From the NCBI RefSeq assembly GCF_001194135.2, contig NC_068983.1, positions 61,301,060 through 61,365,059 on the forward strand: a stretch of DNA of 64,000 nucleotides, in the 5' to 3' direction. Of the stretch, positions 39,571-52,852 are shown piece after piece. Each line of letters begins with the position of its first letter. The first letter of the stretch is position 1. The notes beneath the pieces are model-generated. The model worked only from the letters and a program-made list of their open reading frames with translations. It was not told the origin of the DNA and did no database searches. This DNA comes from Octopus bimaculoides. Its lineage: Eukaryota. Both the position numbers and the translations under genes were made by a program.

Positions 39571-40021
39571 GATTGATATTAATGATGCAGTAGAATCAGG
39601 AATGAAAAGTGGCAGAAGCTCAAGAAATTGTTGTCTTTACAAACAACAAAAATGTTTCCTAACAACAGTCAGATGACAAACATTTGTCATGAATGTGAAG
39701 TATCATGGTAGTGAGGCATGAGAATAAAGTACTGACTATCAATGAAACTGAAGGGAATAAGTGAACTGAAGTCAGATTCAAACATAACTGAGTGGTTGAA
39801 TCAGTAATGCTTTGCAATCTTCAGAAGTATTAACCATGACTGTCATATGAGGAAAACTGAGAGAGAAATAATCAAGAACTAGTAACAGTTGAATTAAAAG
39901 GAAAAAATCATCAAAGAAGATAAAGAGAATTTGCTAGAGCCAAATGTCACATAATTGATCTAGCCTAGAAGACAAATAAATAAAATGTGAATGGCAAGAG
40001 GAAGCAAAAGTAGCTACATAC

Positions 40022-40142
40022 CTTTCCATCATTTCACCTGGTCCTTGATCCATCCCAATAATATCTCTTTCCTGGGCAACAGCATCTAAAAACATATCCT
40101 CCCAAAATTGCATTGAATCCCATAAACGACTGCGTTCTTTAC
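40022..40142 (-). CDS. MADD: MADD exon ([39 protein letters not shown]), 121 nt
   Basis: Near-identical to the MADD/AEX-3 motif WDQMQFWEDAFLDAV...GMDQGP. Splice sites tcttgtag and gtatgt. Confidence 0.97.
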
Positions 40143-40807
40143 CTACAAGATATCAGAATAGAAAAGTGATAGACTTGTATTCCATAAATTCATCATTGTA
40201 ATTAAGCATATATGTGCCAAGGGATGACAAACTTGTTCTTGACAACTACAATGCAAGGATTGGAATTAATCATAGCCTGATGGATTAAGAAAAGTGAATT
40301 TGAACAGTTTCCAATTGCTCTAATTTTGGCAAAGCAGGACTTGATTATTCCCATACTTACACTTGATACCCATTGAGAAAGGAACCTAAATGTACATGAG
40401 ATCTAAAAATTGGTATTTGACAGACTTTGTATTTGTGTGCTCTCATGATATGCAATATGCATACAAAGTGTATGCACTGAATGTTGCAGAATGCTCAACA
40501 GTCTATTATATGGTTAGAGCAAAGTTTGAATTTGTTAAACATAAGTGTTTTGGAGATGGCAGGAGTCTGAATTCCATTGATGTACCCCATCTCAAAGTAG
40601 AAGTTGTGTATGAACTGAAGGTAAAATTGGCCGGGTTTTGAAGATAAGACTTCTGAGGTTTATAGCAAATATACTAGGTTATAAGGAGTAAAGAAACCAG
40701 GACTGGTTTGATAATAGCATTAATTTGAAGCAAAACTCAAAGCCCCCCCCCCACAAAGCACATTGTTTATTAAGCTCTTACAAATTAATCTTACAAGATA
40801 ATCTTAC

Positions 40808-40964
40808 CAATTAAACCTTCAAAAAGATATGTTTTCCCTGTCTCTGGACTAGGTAGTGGGGATGTATTAATCATCTTTCCATCATGATAACGAAATCCAG
40901 CACTTAAATTACTTTTGGTACTCCAGATACTTGATGATCGACTACGTCTGTGGTAGTTCACCAT
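40808..40964 (-). CDS. MADD: MADD exon ([30 protein letters not shown]...TYLFEGLI+G), 157 nt
   Basis: Acceptor ctattgtag, donor ATTG|gtaaga. YLFEGLIG matches the MADD YLYEGLLG motif; phases match both neighbours. Confidence 0.92.
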
Positions 40965-41334
40965 CTACAATAGCAGTACAAGCAATATCATCACACAATC
41001 AACAATAGAAACAAATGGAGAAAAGTAATACAATACATCCACCTAATTCACGAGAGCATATATAGTCAGTAGATACAAAACCAAAGGAGATGATGTATAT
41101 TCTAAATGATCTATCTTAAAAAAGTTACTTACTGTATCATTCATTTAACATCTTGATTTTCTATAGCAGTGTCATTCGTTTATTCTAAGAATTTGAAGAA
41201 ATACTGAATATACAATAAAGCTAATCTATAGTATTTAAATGCTTCTTCATTGGGGAAATTCTTTCCAATTAGAAAAGTTTTGCTTAGTAAAAATGAAACC
41301 GACATCTGTTGTGCAATTGAGTAATTTAACCATA

Positions 41335-42005
41335 GGCATAAGAGGCAACAGATGTGGTGTGCAAGAGAGATGAATGTGCTGGTATGGCCATGTGATGCGT
41401 ATGGATGAGGACAGCTGTGTAAGCAAGTGCCAATCCCTAACTGTGGAGGGAACTTGTGGTAGAGGTAGACCCAGGAAGACATGGGATGAGGTGGTGAAGC
41501 ATAATCTCCAAACTTTGGGTCTCACAGAGAAAATGACTAGTGACCAAGACCTTTGGTGATATGCTGTGCTTGAGAAGACCCATCAAGCCAAGTGAAATCG
41601 CAGTCATGGCTGATGCTGGTGTCACATAACTGGTACCTGTGCAGGTGGAATGTAAAAATCACCTTTCAAGCAATGAGCCTCGGTGGTTGAGCTCCTTTTG
41701 AATGTTGGGCCTCACAGAGGGAATGACCAAGACCTTTGACATTATGTTGTGCTTGAGAAGAAGAACCATCAAGCCAAGTAAAACTGCAGTTGTGGCAGAT
41801 ACCGGCGTCATGCAATAGTCACCTGTGCCAGCGGCACATAGAAGCACCCATTACACTCTCAGAGTGGTTGGCATTAGGAAGGACATCCAGCCATAGAAAC
41901 CACGCCAAAATAGACAGGAGTCTGGTGCAGCCTTCCAGCTTGCCAGCCCTGGTCAAACCGTTCAATCCATGCCAGCATAGACAACGGACGTTAAATGATG
42001 ATGAT
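41335..42005 (+). mobile_element. RTE 3' portion (end of ORF, UTR and tail)
   Basis: WYGHVMRMDEDSCV...GRGRPRKTWDEVV; ends in (GAT)n. Confidence 0.88.
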
Positions 42006-43253
42006 AATAACCAGGTCTCACCTCTGCTCAAAAGCAAAAGGCTGTTTAGTCAGAAATTATGATGAACGGATTTATATTTTTAATTCCTGTATCAGAAAGA
42101 AGCCTGACATTCCTATAATTATTATAATACTTTTGTTTTCTATCATTCACAAATCACATCATTTTCTTTCTCCTACTGTCTTACATCCAGTACAATAGTT
42201 CACATAGTTACTTTATTTTGGTGGGTGGGGAGTGATATAGAAGCTATCATTTAATATTCAGTGTAAATCCACTTAAAGTTAAGTATTCTGTATTGTATTT
42301 TTTTAAACTTATAGTTTATAGATACTCTGAAAAAATTAACTTTACCTACATTCTCTACTATAAATATCATCCATGTGCTGTACCAATGAGAGATAAAGAT
42401 ATTGAAACATTACATAATATTTAATATTGAAACATATTATTTAATATAAATATGTAATATTTAACTTTAAACCTTCGCTCTAAGTTTCATACAAATAAAA
42501 GGAAAAATATCTTCAGCTGGAATTAGACTTTCCTATGCTTTATATTGAACATCTCTAAAGAAACAGTGAATTAACATACAAAGTATATGGGAGATCAAAC
42601 TAAAAAAACAGTTATAATTGATTTTAACGAGCTGATACATAAATAAACTATACTAAAAGAATAAATATGGTGTCTGTGATGGACCTATTACAATAAAATC
42701 TGTGCAGAATTAGAATTTAGGAAATTTTACATGAGAAAATAAAACTTTTTTGGCAAGAAACTTTACCCTGTCTACATTTTTCCTACTGTTATCAACTAGC
42801 AGAAATTTAAGTTGAATGTTAACTATATCAACTACATTAGTAGTCTCGGAAGGCCTAGAAGCTATGAAGACTGGAACTCTTCATTGTTTAAAATATATAG
42901 CAAACAATGAATATAGTAGTTTTTGTAGCATAAACTCATTTTTACTTATGATAATGTAGAAGTGGAATCTCTTATTAGACAATAAAAATAGGCAGTCCTA
43001 AACTATAAATGGTTGTTATATGCTATATTATCAGAAGTTCAACAATTTAACCTCAATCTTTGAGCTTGAAATGGTGAATAATATCAGAAACCTAAACTAT
43101 GACTAAACATTAGGCAAAGGAAAGACCTTTTTCAACTTCAAAATAAATACTTATCCACAGTAAATGGCATCAATTTTAAATTATTTGTTGTAAACAAGAT
43201 ATTTTTGTTATATTTTTCTAAGAAATTAAAAAACAACAAAAATCCCAACTTAC

Positions 43254-43711
43254 CCCAGAAAGTTCCATCTCACTATCTGACACAGTATTCCTGACCAAAT
43301 GATGGCTAACCTTTGGTTTCTGGCGCCGTTCCTCCTCAGGTTGATTATCAGAGCTACTGCTTACTAATGTGCTGCCATCAGAGACTTCTGAATCAATGCT
43401 GTTAACCTTATTTTTCTTCCGAGCTTTAAGTAACTCTTTATTGCGTACAAGATCATGAAGAATATCACTTTCAGTATCTGCAGACTGTTTATCTGGTTCA
43501 GCACCAGTCACAACAATGTCACAAGATTTGACATTCTCAGAAGCAGAGTCAGTTGTATTTGTTTGATCAGCACTGTGACTTTTATCACTTTCTGATTGTT
43601 CTTCAGCTTCTCCAGCATCAGTATCTCGATAGGCATCTTCACTTGTAGTTTCACCAACTGATGCAATTTCAATGTTTTCAAATTCTTCTCCATTGATAAT
43701 GACGGGAGAAC
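43254..43711 (-). CDS. MADD: MADD exon, acidic Ser-rich linker (GSPVIINGEEF...VRNTVSDSEMELSG), 458 nt
   Basis: Open frame in the ORF track, acceptor ttcaatag, donor GGG|gtaagt. The end resembles the vertebrate MADD motif RGTLSDSEIE as I recall it. Confidence 0.85.
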
Positions 43712-46700
43712 CTATTGAATTCAATAAAAACTATTTATATTCAAAAGCAGAGATGTTATTATAAAGCATGGCAATTAAATTCAGAGAAGACTGTCACTAT
43801 TGCAAAAAACACTGGTTGCAAATGTGGTTGCTCTTTAAATGAAATAAGATTCTTAAAAGTTACATAATAAATGTTAGTGATAACAAAAACAAAAAAAGTA
43901 ATTCTACATACTTCCACTATTCATTAAAAATTGAGAAAACATGGTTGATACTTTCTACTCAAACATATGTTACATTTACTTTCCTCACAAATATAACATC
44001 CATTCTAAATGAGAAGGGCTGAAGTGCTAATTTAAAATTTAAATTGTTGGTACTTATTTTTAATTATCTAAAAGAACACCTTTATTAACCAAGATGCATT
44101 GAACAAAATACAATATCTCACCAACTTCACTGAATCTTCAAATAAAACTATTTTAGCATCATTCAAAGAAATTCACTGTTGCTTAGGAAATACTGAATTT
44201 TAGATGTCTTTGCTCAAGGAATGGTATAAGAGTTAAAATATAAAATTTTAGCAAGAAAATATAATAACAATGCAAACTAGTTGAACAAATCAAATAATTC
44301 CTATTTTAATTTTCTTCTACATTTTAACTTCTATGGAAAGAATATACAAAAGTTTTTGCTGATTATAAACAGATGCCCTGATTGCAGACATTCCTTATTT
44401 TGCAAAAATTTCCGTGAATACATTACAGGAATGTGATAAAAAAAATTTGGTAATTAAATTGATGCAATTAATAAACAAAAGAATAACTACAATCCAAGCA
44501 TGTTTTTTTTTATTTAGTGAAGAACTCTTCTAAAATATGATAATAAGCAGACGATCTTAATAAGAAGTATCAAATTTTTTATTTTACATGTAAAAGCAAC
44601 ATGAAAACAGAGAAGGTGTTTCTATAAACTAAACAAAAGAAATTATTTTCATAAAGATATTAACATTTAAATTTTGTAAGTCTTGAGATTTGACAAGTTA
44701 TCTTTAGAAATTTCATTGAATATTTGGAAAGCAAGCAAGCCTAACTTTGCCATACAAACCTCCATTTAAGAAAGAGAAAAGAGTTAAAGAAACAAGAGTT
44801 ACTAAATAATAAAAATTTGGTAGAAATAAAAAAAATATCTTGAAATTAAGACATTTTATTTGTTAAGATTTTAATGTAATGCATAATATTTAATTTTCTG
44901 ACTAGGCAAAAATTTGGTGCTAACTACAAGGAGAACGCTTTAACAAGGTTACTTAGCTGAATCAGCAAAAATGACTTGTCGCAGTTGAGTTGAAAAATAC
45001 TCTTAACATTTTAGACACTTACACATGCATAATTCAACACACATACATGTAAAGATTAGCAGTCCAATCACTCAGCTGGTTGGCAAAAATCATAGAGCAG
45101 TTAACCAAAAACTTTTAATTTTGACACTACCTTCCAAATTAAAGTATTCAATCAACTTTGCATTTTACTACTTCAAGGTTAGTAAAGTTAAATATTGACA
45201 ATATATGATTGTTATATATCTATATACCCTTATCTACAAAATCTTATCTTATATTTTGTGAAAAGACATCAATAGCTAAAATTAATGTTCTAGCAAACCA
45301 AAGAAAAAACCATAAAAACCTCAGTAAGTATTTAGGATTGAATTCTCTTTTCCTTTTCATGACGGATAAAATGTTTTGCAAGAGGCAATGTAAAAATATA
45401 AATAGACTGATATTTCTAAAATACTTTCATAAGCATCAGTACTGATAATGTGAATTAAAACAGAAAAATTATAGGCTGAAATGAATTTGAAACATAAAAT
45501 AATCAAGTGAAATGGTGGAAATTTCTAACTGAGACAGAGGACAAAATACTAATTCTTTACATACAGAATGAGCTAAAGCTGGGAAATTTTAAAAAGAGGA
45601 AATTTGGCAGAAATATATATTGGCTTCAGGTGAATTAAACAAGAAATGAAAGCAACAATGCTAAATCCCAGACTGGCCAAAAATAAATGTAAAAAATAAT
45701 AAAAATGTTCTTTCATTATAGAGAAAAGAAATGCAAAGAACATTGTTTCTAATTGACAACAACATAACAGTAACAGCTATATGAACTATGCCATTTTTAA
45801 GAAGTTCCTGAATCACAAACGTCTCGCAAATAAAAGAAGAGTAAACTACCTACACTAAGTCACATAGATTTATGTTCAAAGGAAAAAAGGATAGAAACAA
45901 ATAAAAAAACAACAGAAAACACCATAATAATAAGCTATAAAGTGCTTATGAAATATTGAATGGATTGAAACTAAAATAAAAGCACAAGAAAATAATCTAA
46001 AAATTGGTTTTAGTTAATAAATAGATAAAAACATTAGAAAACAATTTTAAATCAGTTAAAAACATTATTATCAATCTAATTCATATTGTAATTAAAAATT
46101 TATAACAAAGAAATTTAAAAATAGAAATGAACAAATAAAATATTTAGCTGGATAACTATTAAAACTTTGTCATAGAAAATTGGATTGGATTGATGGAATT
46201 GTTTGTGACACATTAGTAGTAATAATGTCTTAATTCATTTCAGTCTTCCCTTTAACTCTTTAACTGTATGAAGGGGTTTGTAAATTAAAAACAAATTTAT
46301 TTTGCTAGAACATGAAGATGAGTAAGAGGTGCCAACTACATCAACCAATTGAATGAGCTGGATATGTTATGTGGATTTTTAACAATCAATAAATGATAAT
46401 GGAGTTAGTTATCAAAATATCAATCAATGCTATAGGGATAATTAAAAAAATGTAAAGATGAGTGATGATGTAAAATCAGAAAATGAAAGTTCATGGTGCT
46501 CAGGAGAGTTGCAAGCTAAGAAAAAGGAAAGTGACAGAATGGGCCAAAGAAAAAATGCTTTCTAGAACTAGCTAAGATTACTATAAATATAATTTGATTC
46601 ACTTGATAAATAAATTTAAGATCGAAATAACTAAGAAACAAAAAGAAATTTTAAATAATGTAAGACATATGTGATAGATAATAAAAGAAAAATATAAATC

Positions 46701-47943
46701 ACATCATGTAAAACAGTAAAATATCAGAACTTTAGAAAATTACAGTTTGTCATTGTTTCTACTTTTATAAACACTTTTCTGAATAAAAATTAAACTTAAC
46801 AAAATAGAGATAATCTTTAGTTTAATAATTTAAATCAATTGTTTGTTAAGTAAAATGAACAGTAATATTGATAAATTGAAGTTACATTAAAAAATATATT
46901 TAGTAGAATCAAATTTTAATGATTAATACATGATTAGAATTGACAAATTTGATTGTTAATTGATTAATGTGTATGTGTATATCAACAAATTTCACAATAT
47001 AGCTATATCAAATATAACTCACCAAAGCAATAGAAGGCAAAATGTTTGCACATTAAAACTGATACTAATACAGTGTGCATAAAATACATTACAGAAATTT
47101 AACAACACAGATATAAAACAACAATAATTCAGTCTTTGGAACACACAACCAAGTGATGAAGCAAATGACCATGCAAAAACTATGCAAGTAAAAAGTGAGA
47201 GAGTTTTAACAAGCCATTGCTAAACATTGCTTATTTTGTTTTCATAATATTAATCCCAAGAGCAGATTACAATACATTTTACACTAAACTAACGTTAAAA
47301 TATTTTTCTCAAGTTATATTTAAAACAATTATATTTTACTTTGGTCCGGCAGAGAATATTTATAGAATAATCTCTAGTGTTATATGTCTTTGTTCAATGA
47401 AACAAATAGAGTGAAAAAGTGAAGTTGTGAAGTATGAGAAACAATGACTGAATACTAGAAAAGAAAAGCATTCATTTCACACACATTCTTACTATCAGTT
47501 AATCTCTTCATATAAACTAAGGGTAATCAAGTAAATAACGTTTAAATGTAATAAAATATTGGAATTGAATTAACAATACTCTTTTGCATTAGTAAGAAAG
47601 GCATCAGATGAAGAATCTCTCTATCTTTTTTAAATAAGAGAATGGCGTAGATAAGTAGAAGGCTAGTTGGTATGTTAAAACAAGACCTTCTCCCTAAAAA
47701 ATTTATTTATGGAAAAAGGGTAGTAAAACCAGAATGATAACATTAGATAAGTTATTAATTAACATTTTGCATTGAGTTTTAAATTATTTTCTTTCTGTAA
47801 AACAATGTTTCCAGTACAGTTTCTGTCCATTCCTATACATCATGGAAGAAAATTACTTTTTATTTCTTCTGCCTAGAAAAATAATTCTCCACTTGTAACT
47901 TCTACATTTATTACTGTTGGATACTGGTTATCTTTGATCCTAC

Positions 47944-47992
47944 CATTTGGTTTGTTATTATGTAGCCTCAGATCAGCTCTAACCAAGGAGAC
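47944..47992 (-). CDS. MADD: Probable MADD exon (VSLVRADLRLHNNKPN+G), 49 nt, phase 0-1
   Basis: Acceptor ttttttgtcatag, donor AATG|gtagga. Open frame; phase matches the exon starting at 43711. Confidence 0.55.
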
Positions 47993-48580
47993 CTATGACA
48001 AAAAAATATTTCACCTGTGACCATTCCGTTTTAATTTCATTTTTGTCAGTATATCTAAGACTACACTACCCAATGTGTTTTTTAAAACAATGGCAGTGTG
48101 ATTTGAGGGAGATTTAGATACTATTTCTAGCATGTCAGACACAATTAAGCAACATGAATGAGGTATAAACAAATCATAGTAGACCATGTTCAACTAAGAA
48201 TCCATCAATCATAGATGAGATGCATATGTATATATGCAATACTACGACTACAACTACAACACACATAGAATGTAATGGTTGATAATTTTAGATAATCTGT
48301 TAATATTCTTTAAGTCATTCCAAAATGCCCTAATAACAATACAATCTAGAAGCATATTCTTTAAGTCTATATTATTGTCTCCTACAATTCTCATTCAAAT
48401 AGCTAGCATTAATTATATTTTATGATGAATTAACTCAGGTTTAGGAATATTTATAGTGGCTGGACTTACAAAAAAGGGAAAAATCTCTAATTTAGGTACA
48501 AAGTTAAGTATTGGTAAATTATGCTCATAAATTACTCCATCAAAATGTTTTGCTATCAATAATAACCACAGAAACAATAC

Positions 48581-48628
48581 CAATATTGATAAGGATGAAG
48601 CAAATGACAAACGATGATCAACAAAATG
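48581..48628 (-). CDS. MADD: Candidate MADD cassette exon (HFVDHRLSFASSLSIL), 48 nt, phase 0-0
   Basis: Strong acceptor ctgcttttatcgttattctgcttatag, donor TTG|gtattg. Frame-preserving between the 49643 and 47992 exons. Confidence 0.4.
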
Positions 48629-49614
48629 CTATAAGCAGAATAACGATAAAAGCAGAACAGACTACAATGTTCATGCCAGAAAGGCCATTTAAAACAGCTT
48701 TTAGTAAAAGGAACAGAGTAATTCAAATTATTTATTAGAGATATGGCAAATAAAAAATGTATTTAAAAAAAGTATATTAAAGGGGAAAATAACATATATT
48801 GAAGCATGAGGAATAGCTACTGTGGCAAAAAGTATATATTGGTTAGGAGACTTAATGAAAATATTAAGGTATCAGCATACAAAAGTAATATCAATGTCTT
48901 TGTGCCTAACAATTTGGTCTAGTTATGTTTTCTGAAACTTATGTTGTAATGTTTGAGGAGATAATGAGAAGTTAAGCTTCAAGAAAAAGTATTCAAGTAT
49001 AGATATATTTAGGCATTTCTCAAGTACTGCTAGATACAGCTTGAGCACTCACAGGTTATAATTCATTACAACTAACAATTATTTAATTTAATTGATGTTA
49101 TACTTAAATGAGTGTATAAGGTATAAAATCCCAAAATATCAGGCAATACTAAAGAAATTTGCTTCTTTCACATAATAAAATGCTATTGTGTATATACATG
49201 TTTAGGGGAAAATAGAATAATTTGGAAAACCAAGAACTAAATAGATGACAAAAATATGTTGAGTGTATTTTCATTTCCAAAAGATTTGTACAGAAGCCAA
49301 AAAAAGCAGAACATAGCAAGAGAAAAGACAATTAAGTGGAAAGAGAATATATGAAGGATTAGATGGATGGGCATATAATAATGGTGAGTTAACATAACTA
49401 ATTACTGCAGTGCTATTTCAGAAACAATAGCTCTTTAAAAGGATATATTCGTAGAAGCATACATACATATACACTTCCATCTTTTCATGTAATACATACA
49501 TACATACACACACATATGCAAATAAATCTGCATATAGCGATTTATGTAAAGAGAAGCAAATGAAATAGGAGGCAAGCATTAACTGCAGTAAATTATGGCC
49601 AACAGTAGCAGTAG

Positions 49615-49627
49615 CATGCAGCATGCA
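49615..49627 (-). promoter_or_regulatory. Tandem UGCAUG (Rbfox-type) motifs
   Basis: Minus-strand TGCATGcTGCATG, 14-26 nt past the donor at 49642. Confidence 0.5.
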
Positions 49628-49642
49628 CATGGCATACATTAC

Positions 49643-49713
49643 ATTTGGCAGAGAAGAGAATTCTGAGGCAGTACATGACTGAACAAATGCCAACACAGGT
49701 GGTGCCAGCAAGG
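49643..49713 (-). CDS. MADD: Candidate MADD exon (LLAPPVLAFVQSCTASEFSSLPN), 71 nt, phase 1-0
   Basis: Acceptor tgtgtgttatttag, donor AAT|gtaatg, two TGCATG motifs just downstream. Joins 57587 to 47992 in frame. Confidence 0.5.
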
Positions 49714-51029
49714 CTAAATAACACACACAAACACAAAACAGACAATTGGCAAAAATAGAGATGGAACAAAACTGAACATAATGTCCCTTCCCTAATCACA
49801 AATTGTTTTGTCTCTGCTCTACTTTCAACTGTCGGCCAACAAAAAATAAGGTAAACAGCAGCTAAAGCTATTGTCAAGAAAAACTTTAAATGAGTAGTAG
49901 AGAAAAGAAATCCCTAAAGTCTTATGAAATTCAGATAGAAAGCATAACAAATTCTACCTAGACATAATGATTTATCAAATCTATAAGAATGATGTTTTTG
50001 CTCACAATGTGTTCAATTTCCATGATTATTTTCCAGCAATCATACTGCCTTCCATTCATTAAGATTTTAAGTTTGAGTTTATTGAAAGAAGAGTGTAAAT
50101 GTGAACCAAAGTGGGAACAGAATAATCAGGGAGGGAAATTATGAAAATTTTTGTATGAAAGATTTGATAAATACTTCTCTATCTTTCATCTAGCAAGTAA
50201 ACACCATAGTTTCATCATGAATTAAGAATTAGATGATTGAATAATATCACTTCTTATGATACAATCTATGTAATTAATTGAAAGAGTATTAACATGTGAA
50301 AATACTCTTTTATATGTTCACAATAAACTATCTTCTCAAAACTACATTTAGATATTGTTTTTACTATTAATGAACTAAATGAAATATTAGATGTTCAAAA
50401 TCCTTGTCCAACTATACAAGATATACATAGAATAATTTCACATTTAAGAAACAACACAATTAAAGAATCACATATTCTCATCAACTAAAATTGATGAAAT
50501 ATTTCAATTTGATTTCTTGTGTATTTTATAGAGAAAATTCAAACAGACATCTGTTTAACCAGTGTTATAGTTTAACCAATGAAGTACATTGTACTAATGT
50601 GGAAAATTCCTAGCATAAAAATTTTATGAAGATCATATGTATGTATGATGATATTTGTCAAAGACACATGATAATTATTTAAAGGAAACTGATTGTCTGA
50701 CTTAGTCTAAGAGTCTAATGAATCTTATTTTTTTAAAGCTTAAAAAAAAAGTGATTACCAAAGGAAGCATTGAATTCAGCAGTGTAAGATCCAGAAATTA
50801 GTATTGCAAATAAACTAATCTAAATCTATCCAATTATAAAGGAATATAATACAATGAGCAAACACTAAAATTGTTAAGTTAAAAGGAACAATTGAGAAAG
50901 TATAATTTATATTAATAAACCTAAGAAGGTTTGTTAAAAAGAAAATATAGTAGTGCAAATATACATTATATAAATATATATATATGCACAAACATATGAG
51001 CATGTATGTGAGAAGATGGGTATTTGTAC

Positions 51030-51060
<31 letters not shown>

Positions 51061-51699
51061 CAAAACAAGAGATTGTTTTAATTTAATTTGTGGTAAAAAA
51101 AAAAAATATGTATGCTTCACTATATCTGATTGTCATACATAAGGAGAAGAGGATAATATATCTGAATCTACAGGTAGGATGAAACCAACTATATTGTCAA
51201 ATATACACGTCAAGGATTTGAGAGAAAATATTCTTCCCAATCAACTGAGGTGTACACAAGGCGTTGTGTCAATTATGAAAACCTTTTACTGATATTTTGT
51301 AGAAATAGATCCACTTTATTTCACATATGACAAGTGTACGTGCGCACACACACATTCCTACATCATCATTATTAACTTTCATACTTTATGCTGGCATGTG
51401 TTGGATGGTTTCATAAGATCCAACAATTCAGAGGATTGTGTTGTTCTCTTTTGTATTGGTTTCTATGGTTGGATGCTCTTCTTAATTCCAATTATTTTAC
51501 AGAGTGTACTGGATACTTTTTTTTATGGCACTAGCACTAGGGAGGTCATCAAGTAACTTGCAAAATAAGAACCTTATCAGAAATGGGGTGAAGATTTGAA
51601 GTAGTTGGCTTTGTGCCAGGTGTTGAGGGCTAAATTATGATAGGGAGATAAGAATAGACATCTTGTCATATTCCTCTTCTTCAAACTGATCCATATTTA

Positions 51700-52260
51700 A
51701 TGAATGGCACTTCTCTATACAGCTGTTTTAATCTATAGCAATCACACTTCCATACAAGTGCAGACTTCTTTTTTGTACAAAACATTTCATTCCTCTACTG
51801 TGTAGTTTTTCTCTTAACACATTTGCACTATGACAATCATGCACACTTACATCCAATGGAGCATGCTTGCTTCATTTCTTTCCAGTCTTCTCAAGTCCTC
51901 AGCGTTCAAGGCTCATGTCTCACTACCATACAACATCACAGTTCTAACATAGTGCAGTACATTTTGTCCTACACTGTAAGGAAAAAACTTTTTTTCGCCA
52001 GCAGTCACACAAGCTTCCTGAACTTTTTCAAGCTTGCTCTTATCCTGGCTGCGATACTTTTGGTGCAATCACCTCCCTTGCTAATTATGACTCCTACATA
52101 ACAAAAGCTACAGACTACCACTAGTGAGCCATCTGGACATTTAAGAGAATCTTTTTCTTGTGTGTTCATAGTATATACTGCTCTAGTGCATCTGTCACAT
52201 ATGTAACTTACTTTCTCTATTTGCCTGACTGTGATTCCACTTCTTGTGTCCATAGCTTAC
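51700..52260 (-). mobile_element. RTE ORF C-terminal fragment
   Basis: CDRCTRAV...SFCYVGVIISKGGDC...AARIRAS; homologous to 62870-63400. Confidence 0.8.
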
Positions 52261-52618
52261 ATTAGGTACAACATATAGAGTTTATACCTATTTTTTTCCT
52301 GCATATCAAGTAAGACTATAGCCTGAAGATAACAGGGTCCTGTCTTGAGATTCTAATTCTGATAAAGGTTATATTTGTTAAAACGTTAAAAGTTTATGGA
52401 AGTTTTGATGCTTGTACATGTGTATGTGTGAATAATCCAACTCATGCCAGAATGGAATATAGATGATAAATGATGATGATGATTATATATATAAATTCAT
52501 ATACACACACATATATACATACTTATACACACATATACATATATATACACACACTATATACATATATGTATACTTATATACATATAAAATATGTGTGTGT
52601 ATGTGCGTGCGTGCGTGC

Positions 52619-52665
<47 letters not shown>

Positions 52666-52852
52666 AAATATAAAAACTTAATGGCCTACAATCTGTTTCA
52701 TGAACAGCCAAGGATGAGATTTGGAGTAGTGTAACAACTTTTTATATAAACATATCAATCTGCTCCATCCAAAATATCAAATAAAGTCTACACTATGTAA
52801 AATACATTTTTATATAATTAACAACTTTTACATTATATATATATATATACCA

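Noticed and set aside
42787-42795. 9-nt LIT microexon candidate
   Set aside because: In frame, but short pyrimidine tract and modest donor; not distinguishable from background without reads.
43300-43345. Hammerhead-like CTGAGGA...GAAACC...GGT on the minus strand
   Set aside because: Lies in the MADD coding exon and has no stem I pairing; coincidence.
43912-45560. Microexon-like segments of 5, 8 or 14 nt (43912-43916, 44122-44135, ~45553-45566)
   Set aside because: Not frame-compatible with the phase-1 intron; such signal pairs are expected by chance in AT-rich DNA.
50175-50189. 15-nt segment MKDRE between ttgctag and gtattt
   Set aside because: Phase 0-0 in a phase-1 context with a weak donor; needs another unproven exon such as 57362-57381.
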